Shown piece after piece: positions 51,767-60,595 of a DNA stretch of 64,000 nt. The notes under the pieces are model-generated. The model worked only from the letters and a program-made list of their open reading frames with translations, was not told where the DNA came from and made no database searches. The DNA comes from a virus. Taxonomy: Duplodnaviria; Caudoviricetes. Made by a program: the position numbers and the translations under genes. The stretch lies in IMG/VR virus record IMGVR_UViG_3300014204_007089, positions 1 through 64,000 of that record; one strand, given 5' to 3'. The first letter of the stretch is position 1, and each line of letters begins with the position of its first letter.

Positions 51767-53377
51767 TTAAGGCATAATAATTTGATGACTATGAGAAAAT
51801 AAATCTATTACAATTCCATTTACAACAGCATGTCCATGACCTTGTTCACTACTCGTTATCTGATTTATTTGAGAAATATTAATAATTTTCTCAGAAATTT
51901 TTACACGATGCATATGTGGAATTAAAATACCATTAGGCCCTAACATCATACCAATAGTTGTAAGTATTTCTGATGGCATTGTACTAGTATCTCTAAAAGA
52001 ACGAACTTGATAAATAGGATCTGTCTTACGCACTCTTATAGCTGTAAATTTTTGTAAACCAGAATCTTCTAATAATGTTCTATTTCTCTCAACATCTATA
52101 ATTTCATATCTCCATTCTTCAGAACCATCTTTATTAAATCTAATTATAAAATCACCATCTTGAACTGATGGTGTAACTAATGTCCAACACTTTGGAATAT
52201 AAGTATTTTCAATACCAGGATCTTCTCTCTTAAGATCTTCTGTTGTAGGTCCAAAACGTACAAGAATTTTCCCATCACTTCTTCGTGAATTATAATATTG
52301 ATCATATCCATTTACCATAGACGTACCATAATTATCTAATCCACGGTAAGTTGTATTTTCTCTAGTAGAATCATAATGTTGTGATTGTTTACCTTCCCAT
52401 TTTCTTCTAAACAAAACAACTGGTTCACCAGTATTTTCAAGTAAATATTCTTCTCTCATATTCATATGTTCTTGAACACCAATGCCACGAATAGCATTAC
52501 CAACACCCCATTCTCCATCGGCACAACCAAGCTCCCCTCCGAAATATGTACCAATACATCTTCCTGCAATATAATCTGATACACTGTTACGATCCCAACC
52601 AGTATTATCATATTTTGGAAAATCTGAATTGGCAGCATCTACTACTGCTAAATTACTATTTCCAGTTAAAATATCTACACGTTCTCTATAACCATCTACT
52701 ATTGTTCGTGCATATTGAAATTCAAATTTATTTTCATCCAAACCTATTACATTATTTCCATCTTCAAAACCTTTCCAAAGACGAACAATTCCATCAGAAT
52801 AATGATAACCATCATATCCATCAATTGTATGACTTCTAGGTTCGTATCCATAAACTCCACGTTGATCATAACCATCTAAAATTAAATATCCATTTACATA
52901 ATCAACCGAAGAATAATAAATTGGTTCTGCCCCTATTAAAACAATTCCAGTAGAAGGAAATCCATCAGCATCATTAAGTGGAATTATAAGATCTGTAGCT
53001 GAAATATTATATCTTAAAGCAGCTTCCGGATATATGTAAAACCCATTTATGTTAGGAAGCTCATTAAATCTTAAAGTTTCAGGCTCATGACCAGATGCAC
53101 GAACAGCAAAATAATAAATACTACCAGGTGTAAAACCATCTTGTATCATCATAGATAAAATATTATTTGGTGCTACAAATTTTACACCTTCTGTAAAAAT
53201 ACTTTCTTTTATTGATGAAAAATAAATATTATAAACCAAATCCCAATTTGATGGCGAAATATAAGATCTATACCATTCTAAAGAAATAGAATATCCATCT
53301 CCATGAGCTATAACTGTTTTAACCCCATGAAGTGAACTATCAAATGTCCAAATTTTAATTGGTGATGTACATATCAT
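51767..53377 (-). CDS. Neck / head-closure-like protein with N-terminal FN3-like domain
   Basis: ISLEW...YNIY...YYFAVRA (FN3-like); GEPVVLFRRKWEG...WTLVTPSVQDGDFII...RYEI; His-rich end; 5 DGY. Confidence 0.55.
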   Translation of the reverse strand: MICTSPIKIWTFDSSLHGVKTVIAHGDGYSISLEWYRSYISPSNWDLVYNIYFSSIKESIFTEGVKFVAPNNILSMMIQDGFTPGSIYYFAVRASGHEPETLRFNELPNINGFYIYPEAALRYNISATDLIIPLNDADGFPSTGIVLIGAEPIYYSSVDYVNGYLILDGYDQRGVYGYEPRSHTIDGYDGYHYSDGIVRLWKGFEDGNNVIGLDENKFEFQYARTIVDGYRERVDILTGNSNLAVVDAANSDFPKYDNTGWDRNSVSDYIAGRCIGTYFGGELGCADGEWGVGNAIRGIGVQEHMNMREEYLLENTGEPVVLFRRKWEGKQSQHYDSTRENTTYRGLDNYGTSMVNGYDQYYNSRRSDGKILVRFGPTTEDLKREDPGIENTYIPKCWTLVTPSVQDGDFIIRFNKDGSEEWRYEIIDVERNRTLLEDSGLQKFTAIRVRKTDPIYQVRSFRDTSTMPSEILTTIGMMLGPNGILIPHMHRVKISEKIINISQINQITSSEQGHGHAVVNGIVIDLFSHSHQIIMP

Positions 53378-53403
53378 ATCACCAGATATACCAAATTATC
53401 CAT

Positions 53404-53955
53404 CTACTTTTTAGAACAAAATTGATAAAATAACTCAGAATTAAATGCTATAGCTAATAAGTTTTCTTTCCTATTATTTCGTTTTTTATCATCAACTGAA
53501 TTATCTCTATGTCGATCTAATACTTTTTCAATATATTCTTCAGCTTCTTCTTCACCTTTTGTATCTGAAATATATTTTGTTTGATTTTGAAATCCTTCTT
53601 GCTCTACAGGATTGTCAAGATAATTATCATCATCAGATCCTGGTGTTGGTTTAGTTCCAGTTGTCTGTTGTGCAAAATGCGTTACTTCATGAGCTAAATA
53701 ATGATCATTATTATTTTCAAAATCATCATCTTTTAATAAATCTATATTAATATATATAATTCCATGATCTGTTCGAGCAGAAACTGGTATTTTAGCAAAA
53801 CAAATTGGAATTAAATTAATTTCTTCCTTATCTAAATTGTATTTATCAAAAATATCTTTAACAACATCATGATTTAAAACCTTTTTACGAATCTTTTCAA
53901 TAATAGGTAATAATTTTTTATGAGGTAATCCTTTTGTAATTATTTCATCAGACAT
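53404..53955 (-). CDS. Zincin-like metallopeptidase
   Basis: LAHEVTHFAQ (HExxH) and downstream YLDNPVEQEG. Confidence 0.7.
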   Translation of the reverse strand: MSDEIITKGLPHKKLLPIIEKIRKKVLNHDVVKDIFDKYNLDKEEINLIPICFAKIPVSARTDHGIIYINIDLLKDDDFENNNDHYLAHEVTHFAQQTTGTKPTPGSDDDNYLDNPVEQEGFQNQTKYISDTKGEEEAEEYIEKVLDRHRDNSVDDKKRNNRKENLLAIAFNSELFYQFCSKK

Positions 53956-53963
53956 ATAACTCC

Positions 53964-55484
53964 TTACAAAATAATACCAGAAAGTTGTTCAATTGAACTT
54001 GTAGGTCTTGAAACTTGTGTGGTTTTTTGAGCTTCTAATTGTTTTTTAACTAATTCATCTTTTATCTTAGTAATTAAAATTGATAAACTTCCATTTATGG
54101 CCCCTAACGCTGTATTAAATTGATTATAATCACTAAGATCAAATCCTGCACCAAAAAATGGCTGAACTATATTCCCAAGTTTACCCCATATAGATTCTAA
54201 ATTCTTTAAAGCACCAGAAACTTCATTTCCTTTATATAAAATATTTTCTGATGCAGATATAAAACTTTCCATTTTCTCTATTAAAGAAATATCATTTTCA
54301 TTAACTGTTGATTTGATCATTTGATCAATTAATAATATTACAGTTTTTAAACTCTTGTCATAATCTTCAAATGTTTTTGTATAATCACCAAAACCATCTT
54401 TCCTTTGATCAGTAATTAATTCTGACATATCAGATAACCATTCTTTTACCTCATTAATTTCTGCACTGTGATTATGTAAGACAGACAAAATCATACTAGC
54501 AAACATCGCACCACCAACAATAGCTCCAATAGGTAGTATTGCTTTTTTTATAATTGTATTATGATAATATGTTGAATAAGAAAAAATTATATCAATATTA
54601 TTACTACTTGTTTTTTCTAATTCTATTGTGTAATTTCTAATTTCATTAACATTAAGAACAAAACCTGTAAGTAAAGAAATTAAATTATTATATTGTTCTT
54701 TATTAACTATTAAAGATTCAATCTTTATTTGATTTTCAAATAAAACATTAATAGAATCTTCAGCTACCTGTACAGCGGTTGTATAACTTGATAAACTTGA
54801 AGGATTATCTAAATCAACATTTAATTTTAATACATTAATTAAATTATTTTGAACATTAGTAAAAAGAGATATCACTGTATTATCTTGAAGTGTTTGTTTA
54901 ATATCTTCAATTAATTTTATTGCTTCATTTATATTTATTCCAACTTGAGTAGAATTATTAATAGAATCTGCAATCTTTTTTGTATCTTCTAATTTTCCAG
55001 AAACTTTTTTACCAGAAAATAAATTATATAATATTCCAATAGAAACAGCAACAATAATACCTTTTTTATAATTTGTATTAACTAATGGATTTGTAAATAA
55101 AACCTTAAGATTAGCTATTACATTTGATATGGAAATTTTACCTATATTTTTTGTACTAGTTATTGATTTGCTAAATGTTTTATAAACTTCATTAAATCTT
55201 TTTATTCTATCAATTCTGTTTTGCTTATATTGTTTTATTTTAGCATTAGTTAGTAATTTAACTTGTTCTGATATTGGTAATTTTTCAAAACCAACAGGAT
55301 ATGATAATGGCTTCCCTCGTCTATCTACTAAAAGTTCTAAATTAGAAGGTGTAGCATGTGGTACTTTTAATGGTTCTAATATTGGTGGTTTTATTGATGG
55401 TCTTGTTCTAAAAATATTTCTTGACCCTTTACCACCAACCTGTTTGGCAAATCCAATAGCATATTTTTCCAATAACTTATCCAT
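53964..55484 (-). CDS. Hypothetical helical protein with two hydrophobic segments
   Basis: 506-aa ORF; GIIVAVSIGILY and ILPIGAIVGGAMFASMIL. Confidence 0.65.
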   Translation of the reverse strand: MDKLLEKYAIGFAKQVGGKGSRNIFRTRPSIKPPILEPLKVPHATPSNLELLVDRRGKPLSYPVGFEKLPISEQVKLLTNAKIKQYKQNRIDRIKRFNEVYKTFSKSITSTKNIGKISISNVIANLKVLFTNPLVNTNYKKGIIVAVSIGILYNLFSGKKVSGKLEDTKKIADSINNSTQVGININEAIKLIEDIKQTLQDNTVISLFTNVQNNLINVLKLNVDLDNPSSLSSYTTAVQVAEDSINVLFENQIKIESLIVNKEQYNNLISLLTGFVLNVNEIRNYTIELEKTSSNNIDIIFSYSTYYHNTIIKKAILPIGAIVGGAMFASMILSVLHNHSAEINEVKEWLSDMSELITDQRKDGFGDYTKTFEDYDKSLKTVILLIDQMIKSTVNENDISLIEKMESFISASENILYKGNEVSGALKNLESIWGKLGNIVQPFFGAGFDLSDYNQFNTALGAINGSLSILITKIKDELVKKQLEAQKTTQVSRPTSSIEQLSGIIL

Positions 55485-55557
55485 AGTACCTTACAAAAAT
55501 ATGCACTGAAAACCACTGTTCTTCAGTTACATCATCTTCTTCTTGTTCTTCTTTGTT

Positions 55558-55611
55558 TTAACCTTTTTCAACAAGAAGCCCTTACCTTTAGGTTAGGGTA
55601 GGGTAGTTCAC
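55558..55611 (-). mobile_element. ~50-bp hairpin repeat copy 6, overlapping the 3' end of the endonuclease gene
   Basis: Minus strand GTGAACTACCCTACCCTAACCTAAAGGTAAGGGCTTCTTGTTGAAAAAGGTTAA. Confidence 0.65.
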
Positions 55612-56713
55612 CTACTTCTTCTTTGTCTAAAACTCCGATAGCTTTGTTATATTCATTCTTAGAAACTCCCAAATAACTTACCCACCATGAAATAGCAGCA
55701 GGTGTGCAATTATATTTTTTAGCTACAGATTTCCCAGAACCTAATTCTTTCAATTTTTCTAATAAAATTTCTTTGGTAAAACCTAAAGTATTAACTCTAG
55801 ATTTTCTGTTTCTAACACCAATAACCCTATATTCTTTTGCCTTCTTTGCAATTTCTTCTTTTCTTGGTAAAAATATAGTAGCTTCTTTATAAAGAAAATC
55901 ATACATCTTTGATATTATTATATTCCCATTATATCTTAAATTATCAAAAGCTAAATATTTCTTACCATCTTTATATTTTAATTCACTACGCTCTGTATTT
56001 TTATTACAAATATTATTAATCAATAATACTTCATGAAAAACTTCTAAAAACTCTTTCGTTCCTTTCATTGCAAATGAAATATGAGGGTCTTGCCCTTTAT
56101 TTTTACCAATTGAAAAACAACCATCCCCATCAATATAACCTCTCATGTAATGATAAACTAATGGATGATTTTTTAACCATTCTGGAAAACGCATTATATA
56201 GGTTTTATTTTCAACAACACTAAAACGTTCTAAATCTTTGTAACATTTTTCAGAATGAAAAATAAAAGAATAAGCTTCTGTATTTGATATTTTGTAATTA
56301 TTGCATATATAACCACTACGTTTTATATATTGTAAAGGAGAATTACATTTCAATATAGATTTTATATTATTCAAATGATTTATATCTTTAGAAGAAAGTT
56401 GCAAACCAATACCATAACTACTACTCTTTCTAGTTTTCCATCCATCAGCTGCTAAAAATCCAGCTACGTAAAAACTTTTTTCAGTATCACTAGAAAAAAA
56501 CTCATGATCAACTTCATATTTTCTTCCTTTTTGACAACCACATTTTGGACACCAACGACCTTCTATAATATGTCTTGGTTCAGCTATCCAAACATGTCCA
56601 CAAAAACATTGAAATTCTATTTTTGTTTTACCATTTATATATTCTTTAGACAAACATTTACCATTCTTTTTCAATGCCAAATCTTGAAAATATTCTATTG
56701 TATATTTTTTCAT
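55568..56713 (-). CDS. Free-standing LAGLIDADG homing endonuclease with N-terminal zinc ribbon
   Basis: YVAGFLAADG and YMRGYIDGDG motifs; CFCGH.W...WCPKC; C-terminal HTH-like SVAKKYNCTPAAISWW. Confidence 0.88.
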   Translation of the reverse strand: MKKYTIEYFQDLALKKNGKCLSKEYINGKTKIEFQCFCGHVWIAEPRHIIEGRWCPKCGCQKGRKYEVDHEFFSSDTEKSFYVAGFLAADGWKTRKSSSYGIGLQLSSKDINHLNNIKSILKCNSPLQYIKRSGYICNNYKISNTEAYSFIFHSEKCYKDLERFSVVENKTYIMRFPEWLKNHPLVYHYMRGYIDGDGCFSIGKNKGQDPHISFAMKGTKEFLEVFHEVLLINNICNKNTERSELKYKDGKKYLAFDNLRYNGNIIISKMYDFLYKEATIFLPRKEEIAKKAKEYRVIGVRNRKSRVNTLGFTKEILLEKLKELGSGKSVAKKYNCTPAAISWWVSYLGVSKNEYNKAIGVLDKEEVGELPYPNLKVRASC

Positions 56714-56744
56714 ATATTCCTTTTAAAAAAAAAATATATCAAGA

Positions 56745-57644
56745 TTAAAATATTTGTCTTTGTCGTAATGTTCTAAGCCTTCTAATTTGAGGTGAAGCAC
56801 CAGCAGTAAAGCTAAGAGAACCCAGTCCTAACGGTGAGCTTCTCATATTAATTTTAATCAATTTTACTTTTTCATACCAATTAGTCATTTCGTTAGTATA
56901 TTGCGTATTTAACAAATCCGATATTGTTGGAGGAGTGAACCCAATGCCATTATCTTGTACGTTAAATTCTCGTCCTCTTTCGATTAAAGCTTGAGCACCT
57001 AGAGCTAGATATAAAGCACCTTGAACCAAAACATCATGGAACTGTTCAATGATTGGAGTATCTTCAAATGTAAAGAATGTAAAATGTGGTATTTCATTAA
57101 ATTCTGAAAGTGATTGACAAATAAAAGCCACAAGTTCATCTACAGTATACACATCACAATCTTTATATACCACATTGCCATATTCATCAGTTTTTCTTGA
57201 TTTACCACTACTTTTTAATCTTGCACGTAATGATTTTAGTACATTATTTATATTAAAAATAGCATTTTGTGAAAAACAAAAACCAGGGTCATCTCCTAGA
57301 TGTGTATTTCCATCAGTATTAACACCTGGCAATTGAGAATTAAAAGTAGTAAATGTAAACTCTCCTATAACTTCATAACCTGCAAGGATACCTCTCCATA
57401 CATCTCTCCAAGTACCAATTGGAGGATAAATTCCTATACTATAATTAAAGCTATATTGACCAGCACCTATTCTAGTAACACCAATACTAGTAGGTCCAAC
57501 AACTACAGCGCCATTAGGTTGAATTACAGTAACACGTGGAAATTGATCTAGATCAGTTTCTTCTCCTTCAGGGCCGGTAAATCTAGCACTAAGAGCAACA
57601 GTATCACCTGGCTGAATAATTTCTGATCTTGGAAGAATGGACAT
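56745..57644 (-). CDS. Head-tail adaptor / neck protein (candidate)
   Basis: Ig-like N-terminus plus ELVAFICQSLSEFN..P...EFNVQDNGIGF..P; lies in the neck cluster. Confidence 0.5.
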   Translation of the reverse strand: MSILPRSEIIQPGDTVALSARFTGPEGEETDLDQFPRVTVIQPNGAVVVGPTSIGVTRIGAGQYSFNYSIGIYPPIGTWRDVWRGILAGYEVIGEFTFTTFNSQLPGVNTDGNTHLGDDPGFCFSQNAIFNINNVLKSLRARLKSSGKSRKTDEYGNVVYKDCDVYTVDELVAFICQSLSEFNEIPHFTFFTFEDTPIIEQFHDVLVQGALYLALGAQALIERGREFNVQDNGIGFTPPTISDLLNTQYTNEMTNWYEKVKLIKINMRSSPLGLGSLSFTAGASPQIRRLRTLRQRQIF

Positions 57645-57714
57645 ATTAAACTCCTATTAATAATATACAAATTAATTAGCCTTTAAATTTGCATAATAAT
57701 TATTTTACCAAAGA

Positions 57715-58098
57715 TTAAATAGGTGAAACGGATGAATTTCCAAAAGGTCTTGCAACATTAATTGCAAAAGAATCCCATTGTGGTTGGCCATTATTTTCCC
57801 AATACACATTAGCTACATAAGTACCTAAAGCAGTAATACCTGTAGGTATTAATAATCCATGAATATATAAACCTGAAACATATCCATCACCATCTACACC
57901 TGGAACATATCCATCGCCAGTTATGTAAACTTGAGTCATATGTCTTGGATAACCAACAGCCACACTAAAATCTGGAAATATTATATTTTGTACAACTGGA
58001 ATATAGCCATCAATTCTATAACCATCAATATCAAGTGTTTGAATAACCAAACGAACTAATTGTCCAGTATTAGCGAATATATATTTTGTAGATCCCAT
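57715..58098 (-). CDS. Small Ig-like virion protein with 4 DGY
   Basis: DIDGYRIDGY and GDGYVPGVDGDGY; beta-rich; GLY...GTY pattern resembles the N-terminus of 56745..57644. Confidence 0.6.
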   Translation of the reverse strand: MGSTKYIFANTGQLVRLVIQTLDIDGYRIDGYIPVVQNIIFPDFSVAVGYPRHMTQVYITGDGYVPGVDGDGYVSGLYIHGLLIPTGITALGTYVANVYWENNGQPQWDSFAINVARPFGNSSVSPI

Positions 58099-58112
58099 GT
58101 ACTTATGCTATA

Positions 58113-58571
58113 TTATTCATCATCATGTATTTTAAATTTCGGATCAACTGGCAATACAGGTGCTCTATCTGCAAATTCAAAATCTGCATTTTCAGCTGCA
58201 AATTCTTCTTGAGATGATTCTTCAACATCCAAATCTGGATAATTTGGCACTTCAATTTCAGCGCGTTTTCTAGCAAATCTAGAAGATTGGAGAGATGTAG
58301 TATTAGCTATATCTATTTTAATATTAAAAATAACAGGTGGAACTTTTCTAATTCTAATAATATCTCTTCTTGTATAAATAGATCCTGTGTTTATACTTTT
58401 TTCTATTTGTTCTTTGGTAATATTATATTTTAATCTTCCATGTATAGTTGTACCAAGTAAATTAATGCTTTTACCACTTTTAATAGTAATACAAAGATCG
58501 GATATATTAACATCTTTTATTCTAGAAATATTAGTTATCCATAATTCTTCTGGTTTTTTATATACCACCAA
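58113..58571 (-). CDS. Hypothetical protein
   Basis: 152-aa ORF with acidic C-terminus. Confidence 0.7.
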   Translation of the reverse strand: MVVYKKPEELWITNISRIKDVNISDLCITIKSGKSINLLGTTIHGRLKYNITKEQIEKSINTGSIYTRRDIIRIRKVPPVIFNIKIDIANTTSLQSSRFARKRAEIEVPNYPDLDVEESSQEEFAAENADFEFADRAPVLPVDPKFKIHDDE

Positions 58572-58794
58572 TACCTTCTGAAATTATAACAACGTCTACA
58601 GCTTTTAATTGTTTATAATTATTTAAACCAATAGAAAAAGCAACTTCTTGATCTTTTTTTAATGTTTTAAAACCTTCACATACTATATCTGACCAATAAA
58701 CAAATAAATCTGTTTCTCCTTCACGAGAAATAAAACCAAATCCAAGTTTAGGATTAAACCATATTACTTTGCCAATATATTTTTCTTCTTCCAT
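58558..58794 (-). CDS. Cold-shock domain protein
   Basis: GKVIWFNPKLGFGFI...DLFVYWSDI..EGFKTL...V.F (RNP1/RNP2). Confidence 0.92.
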   Translation of the reverse strand: MEEEKYIGKVIWFNPKLGFGFISREGETDLFVYWSDIVCEGFKTLKKDQEVAFSIGLNNYKQLKAVDVVIISEGIGGI

Positions 58795-58828
58795 ATTAAC
58801 TTCCTATAAAATGAATAACTAATTATGC

Positions 58829-59122
58829 CTAATCCAAATTAACTAATGATTTACTAGCGTTAATAGCTTCTTTATAAGAAGTGTTTTCTGGAATAATTTC
58901 AATATGATCTACTACTAAATTTCCAACACATCCAATAGTTTTATGAATTTCTGCAATACCAAGAGCGGCAATACATTTACGTTGCTCTTCGTTTTTTGCA
59001 CCTTTAACAGCATCTTGAAATTTTACAATAATATTTTTAACCTTTTCTTCAACTCCTTGTTCTCTAGCTAATTTAAGAATTGATTCGATAGTTTCTTTTT
59101 CTGTCATTTTTCTTCTTTTCAT
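58829..59122 (-). CDS. Hypothetical protein
   Basis: 97-aa ORF. Confidence 0.65.
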   Translation of the reverse strand: MKRRKMTEKETIESILKLAREQGVEEKVKNIIVKFQDAVKGAKNEEQRKCIAALGIAEIHKTIGCVGNLVVDHIEIIPENTSYKEAINASKSLVNLD

Positions 59123-59123
59123 A

Positions 59124-59438
59124 TTAAACCTTTTTATAATAAATTTCTTGTATACCCGGAATATTACTTATACCATTTTTTTCATATACAACTATTCTTT
59201 GATATGGTAAATTAGTAGATGGTAATATTCCAAAAATCTTAATTTTTTCTTCATGAACTTTATTGTGACAATTTGCACATATTACACATACATTAGTCCA
59301 ATCATCCTTACATTCATCATCTGTTCTTGGTATTATATGATGATATTGTAATGTAGATTTATCTAATTCATTGCAAATTTCACAAAAGAATTTTTTAGGT
59401 TTTTTAGTACCATTTCCTTTTTTAACATATCTACCCAT
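59124..59438 (-). CDS. HNH endonuclease
   Basis: CEIC...HHIIP...NVCVICANCHNKVH. Confidence 0.9.
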   Translation of the reverse strand: MGRYVKKGNGTKKPKKFFCEICNELDKSTLQYHHIIPRTDDECKDDWTNVCVICANCHNKVHEEKIKIFGILPSTNLPYQRIVVYEKNGISNIPGIQEIYYKKV

Positions 59439-59451
59439 GATTATTAATATA

Positions 59452-60528
59452 TCAATGTTTTGGAATATATTTTTTTAATGCTTTTAAAACATATTTAGCT
59501 TCTTCTTCGCCATAATTTCCCCATTGAGAAATTCTAATATAATCATGTGCTAAACCACCTTCACCTAAAGCAGACATTATAGGACTAGAAGCTGTATGCA
59601 TAGCTCCACAAGCAGATCCAAGACCTATAAAAATACCATCTGATTCTAATTGAGACATTAGATATGGACCTGCTTTTTTACCAATTTTTATAAATGATGT
59701 ATAAGGTATTTTATTATAATTTTTAGCAATAACTTTTAATCCAAATTCCTCAAGTCCATTTTCTAATACTGAACTAAAACATATAGCTTTTTCATAACGA
59801 AATAATATAGTTTTAATAGCTTCTTCTAATGCTACAGCGGATGCTAATATCAATCCAGCATCAGGTGTTCCAGAACGATCTAAATAATACCTACTTCCAG
59901 ATCCAAATTCTTTCCACCAATCAGTATCTTGCACATATAAAATTCCAACTCCAACTGGACCACCAAATTTATGAGCACCAAATGTTGCTAATTTAAGATT
60001 ATTTATATTAGATACTTTAATAGGAATTTTTCCCAATGCCTGACTCATATCACTGAAAAATGGAACTTTTATATCTGATATTTTTTGAATAGTTCCAATT
60101 TCATTATTAACATAAATACAAATCATTGAAGAATTAGGTTCTGGATTAAAAGTACAATTAATTTCACCATTTTTAGATACAATTAATATATTATTACCAA
60201 ATAATTCTGTAGATTTTATTGATACCGCTGGATGTTCAATTGTTGAATAATAGACTTTATTATAATTTCTAGATTTTAGAATTTCCAAAGCCCATTCACA
60301 AGCTTGAGTACATGTAGATGTAAAAATTATTTGATTAGAATTTTTAGCTCCAATAAGTTTTGCTATTTTTTCTCTCGATTCTTCGATTATAGAAGCTGCT
60401 TCTCGTCCAGGACGAGATGAAGCCATAGCGTTTCCATGCCCTGCTATTGATTTATTAAATTGAACAAAAGCATCAATAGCTTTTGGATGAATTGGTAAAT
60501 GAGCATTTGCATCTAAAAATAATTGCAT
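59452..60528 (-). CDS. iscS: Cysteine desulfurase (IscS/NifS group I, PLP-dependent)
   Basis: FLDANA, IIFTS, IEHPAV, NNEIGTIQ, SDMSQALGK, GAHKFGGPVGVG (PLP lysine), RSGT, GSAC (catalytic Cys). Confidence 0.9.
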   Translation of the reverse strand: MQLFLDANAHLPIHPKAIDAFVQFNKSIAGHGNAMASSRPGREAASIIEESREKIAKLIGAKNSNQIIFTSTCTQACEWALEILKSRNYNKVYYSTIEHPAVSIKSTELFGNNILIVSKNGEINCTFNPEPNSSMICIYVNNEIGTIQKISDIKVPFFSDMSQALGKIPIKVSNINNLKLATFGAHKFGGPVGVGILYVQDTDWWKEFGSGSRYYLDRSGTPDAGLILASAVALEEAIKTILFRYEKAICFSSVLENGLEEFGLKVIAKNYNKIPYTSFIKIGKKAGPYLMSQLESDGIFIGLGSACGAMHTASSPIMSALGEGGLAHDYIRISQWGNYGEEEAKYVLKALKKYIPKH

Positions 60529-60595
60529 ACAATCTTATATATCTAAAATATTTAAAATAATGTATAATATTCACTTATAAAATATATTAAACATT

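Noticed and set aside
113-55611. Hairpin repeats as a CRISPR array
   Set aside because: Copies are dispersed over 55 kb in both orientations, with no regular spacers and no cas genes
55568-56713. Group I intron or intein around the LAGLIDADG ORF
   Set aside because: Flanking genes look complete, intergenic space is too short for a ribozyme core, and there are no intein splice motifs
910-58581. Short plus-strand and nested out-of-frame ORFs in the track (e.g. 910, 4842, 6156, 7142, 9979, 22113, 24942, 30273, 52546, 56504)
   Set aside because: All overlap longer minus-strand genes with recognisable motifs and show no coding signatures of their own
40140-58830. Second upstream motif (TAGGCATAA/TAGCATAA) before the tube, 58098 and cold-shock genes
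   Set aside because: Only about three loose copies with inconsistent spacing; not distinguishable from background by eye
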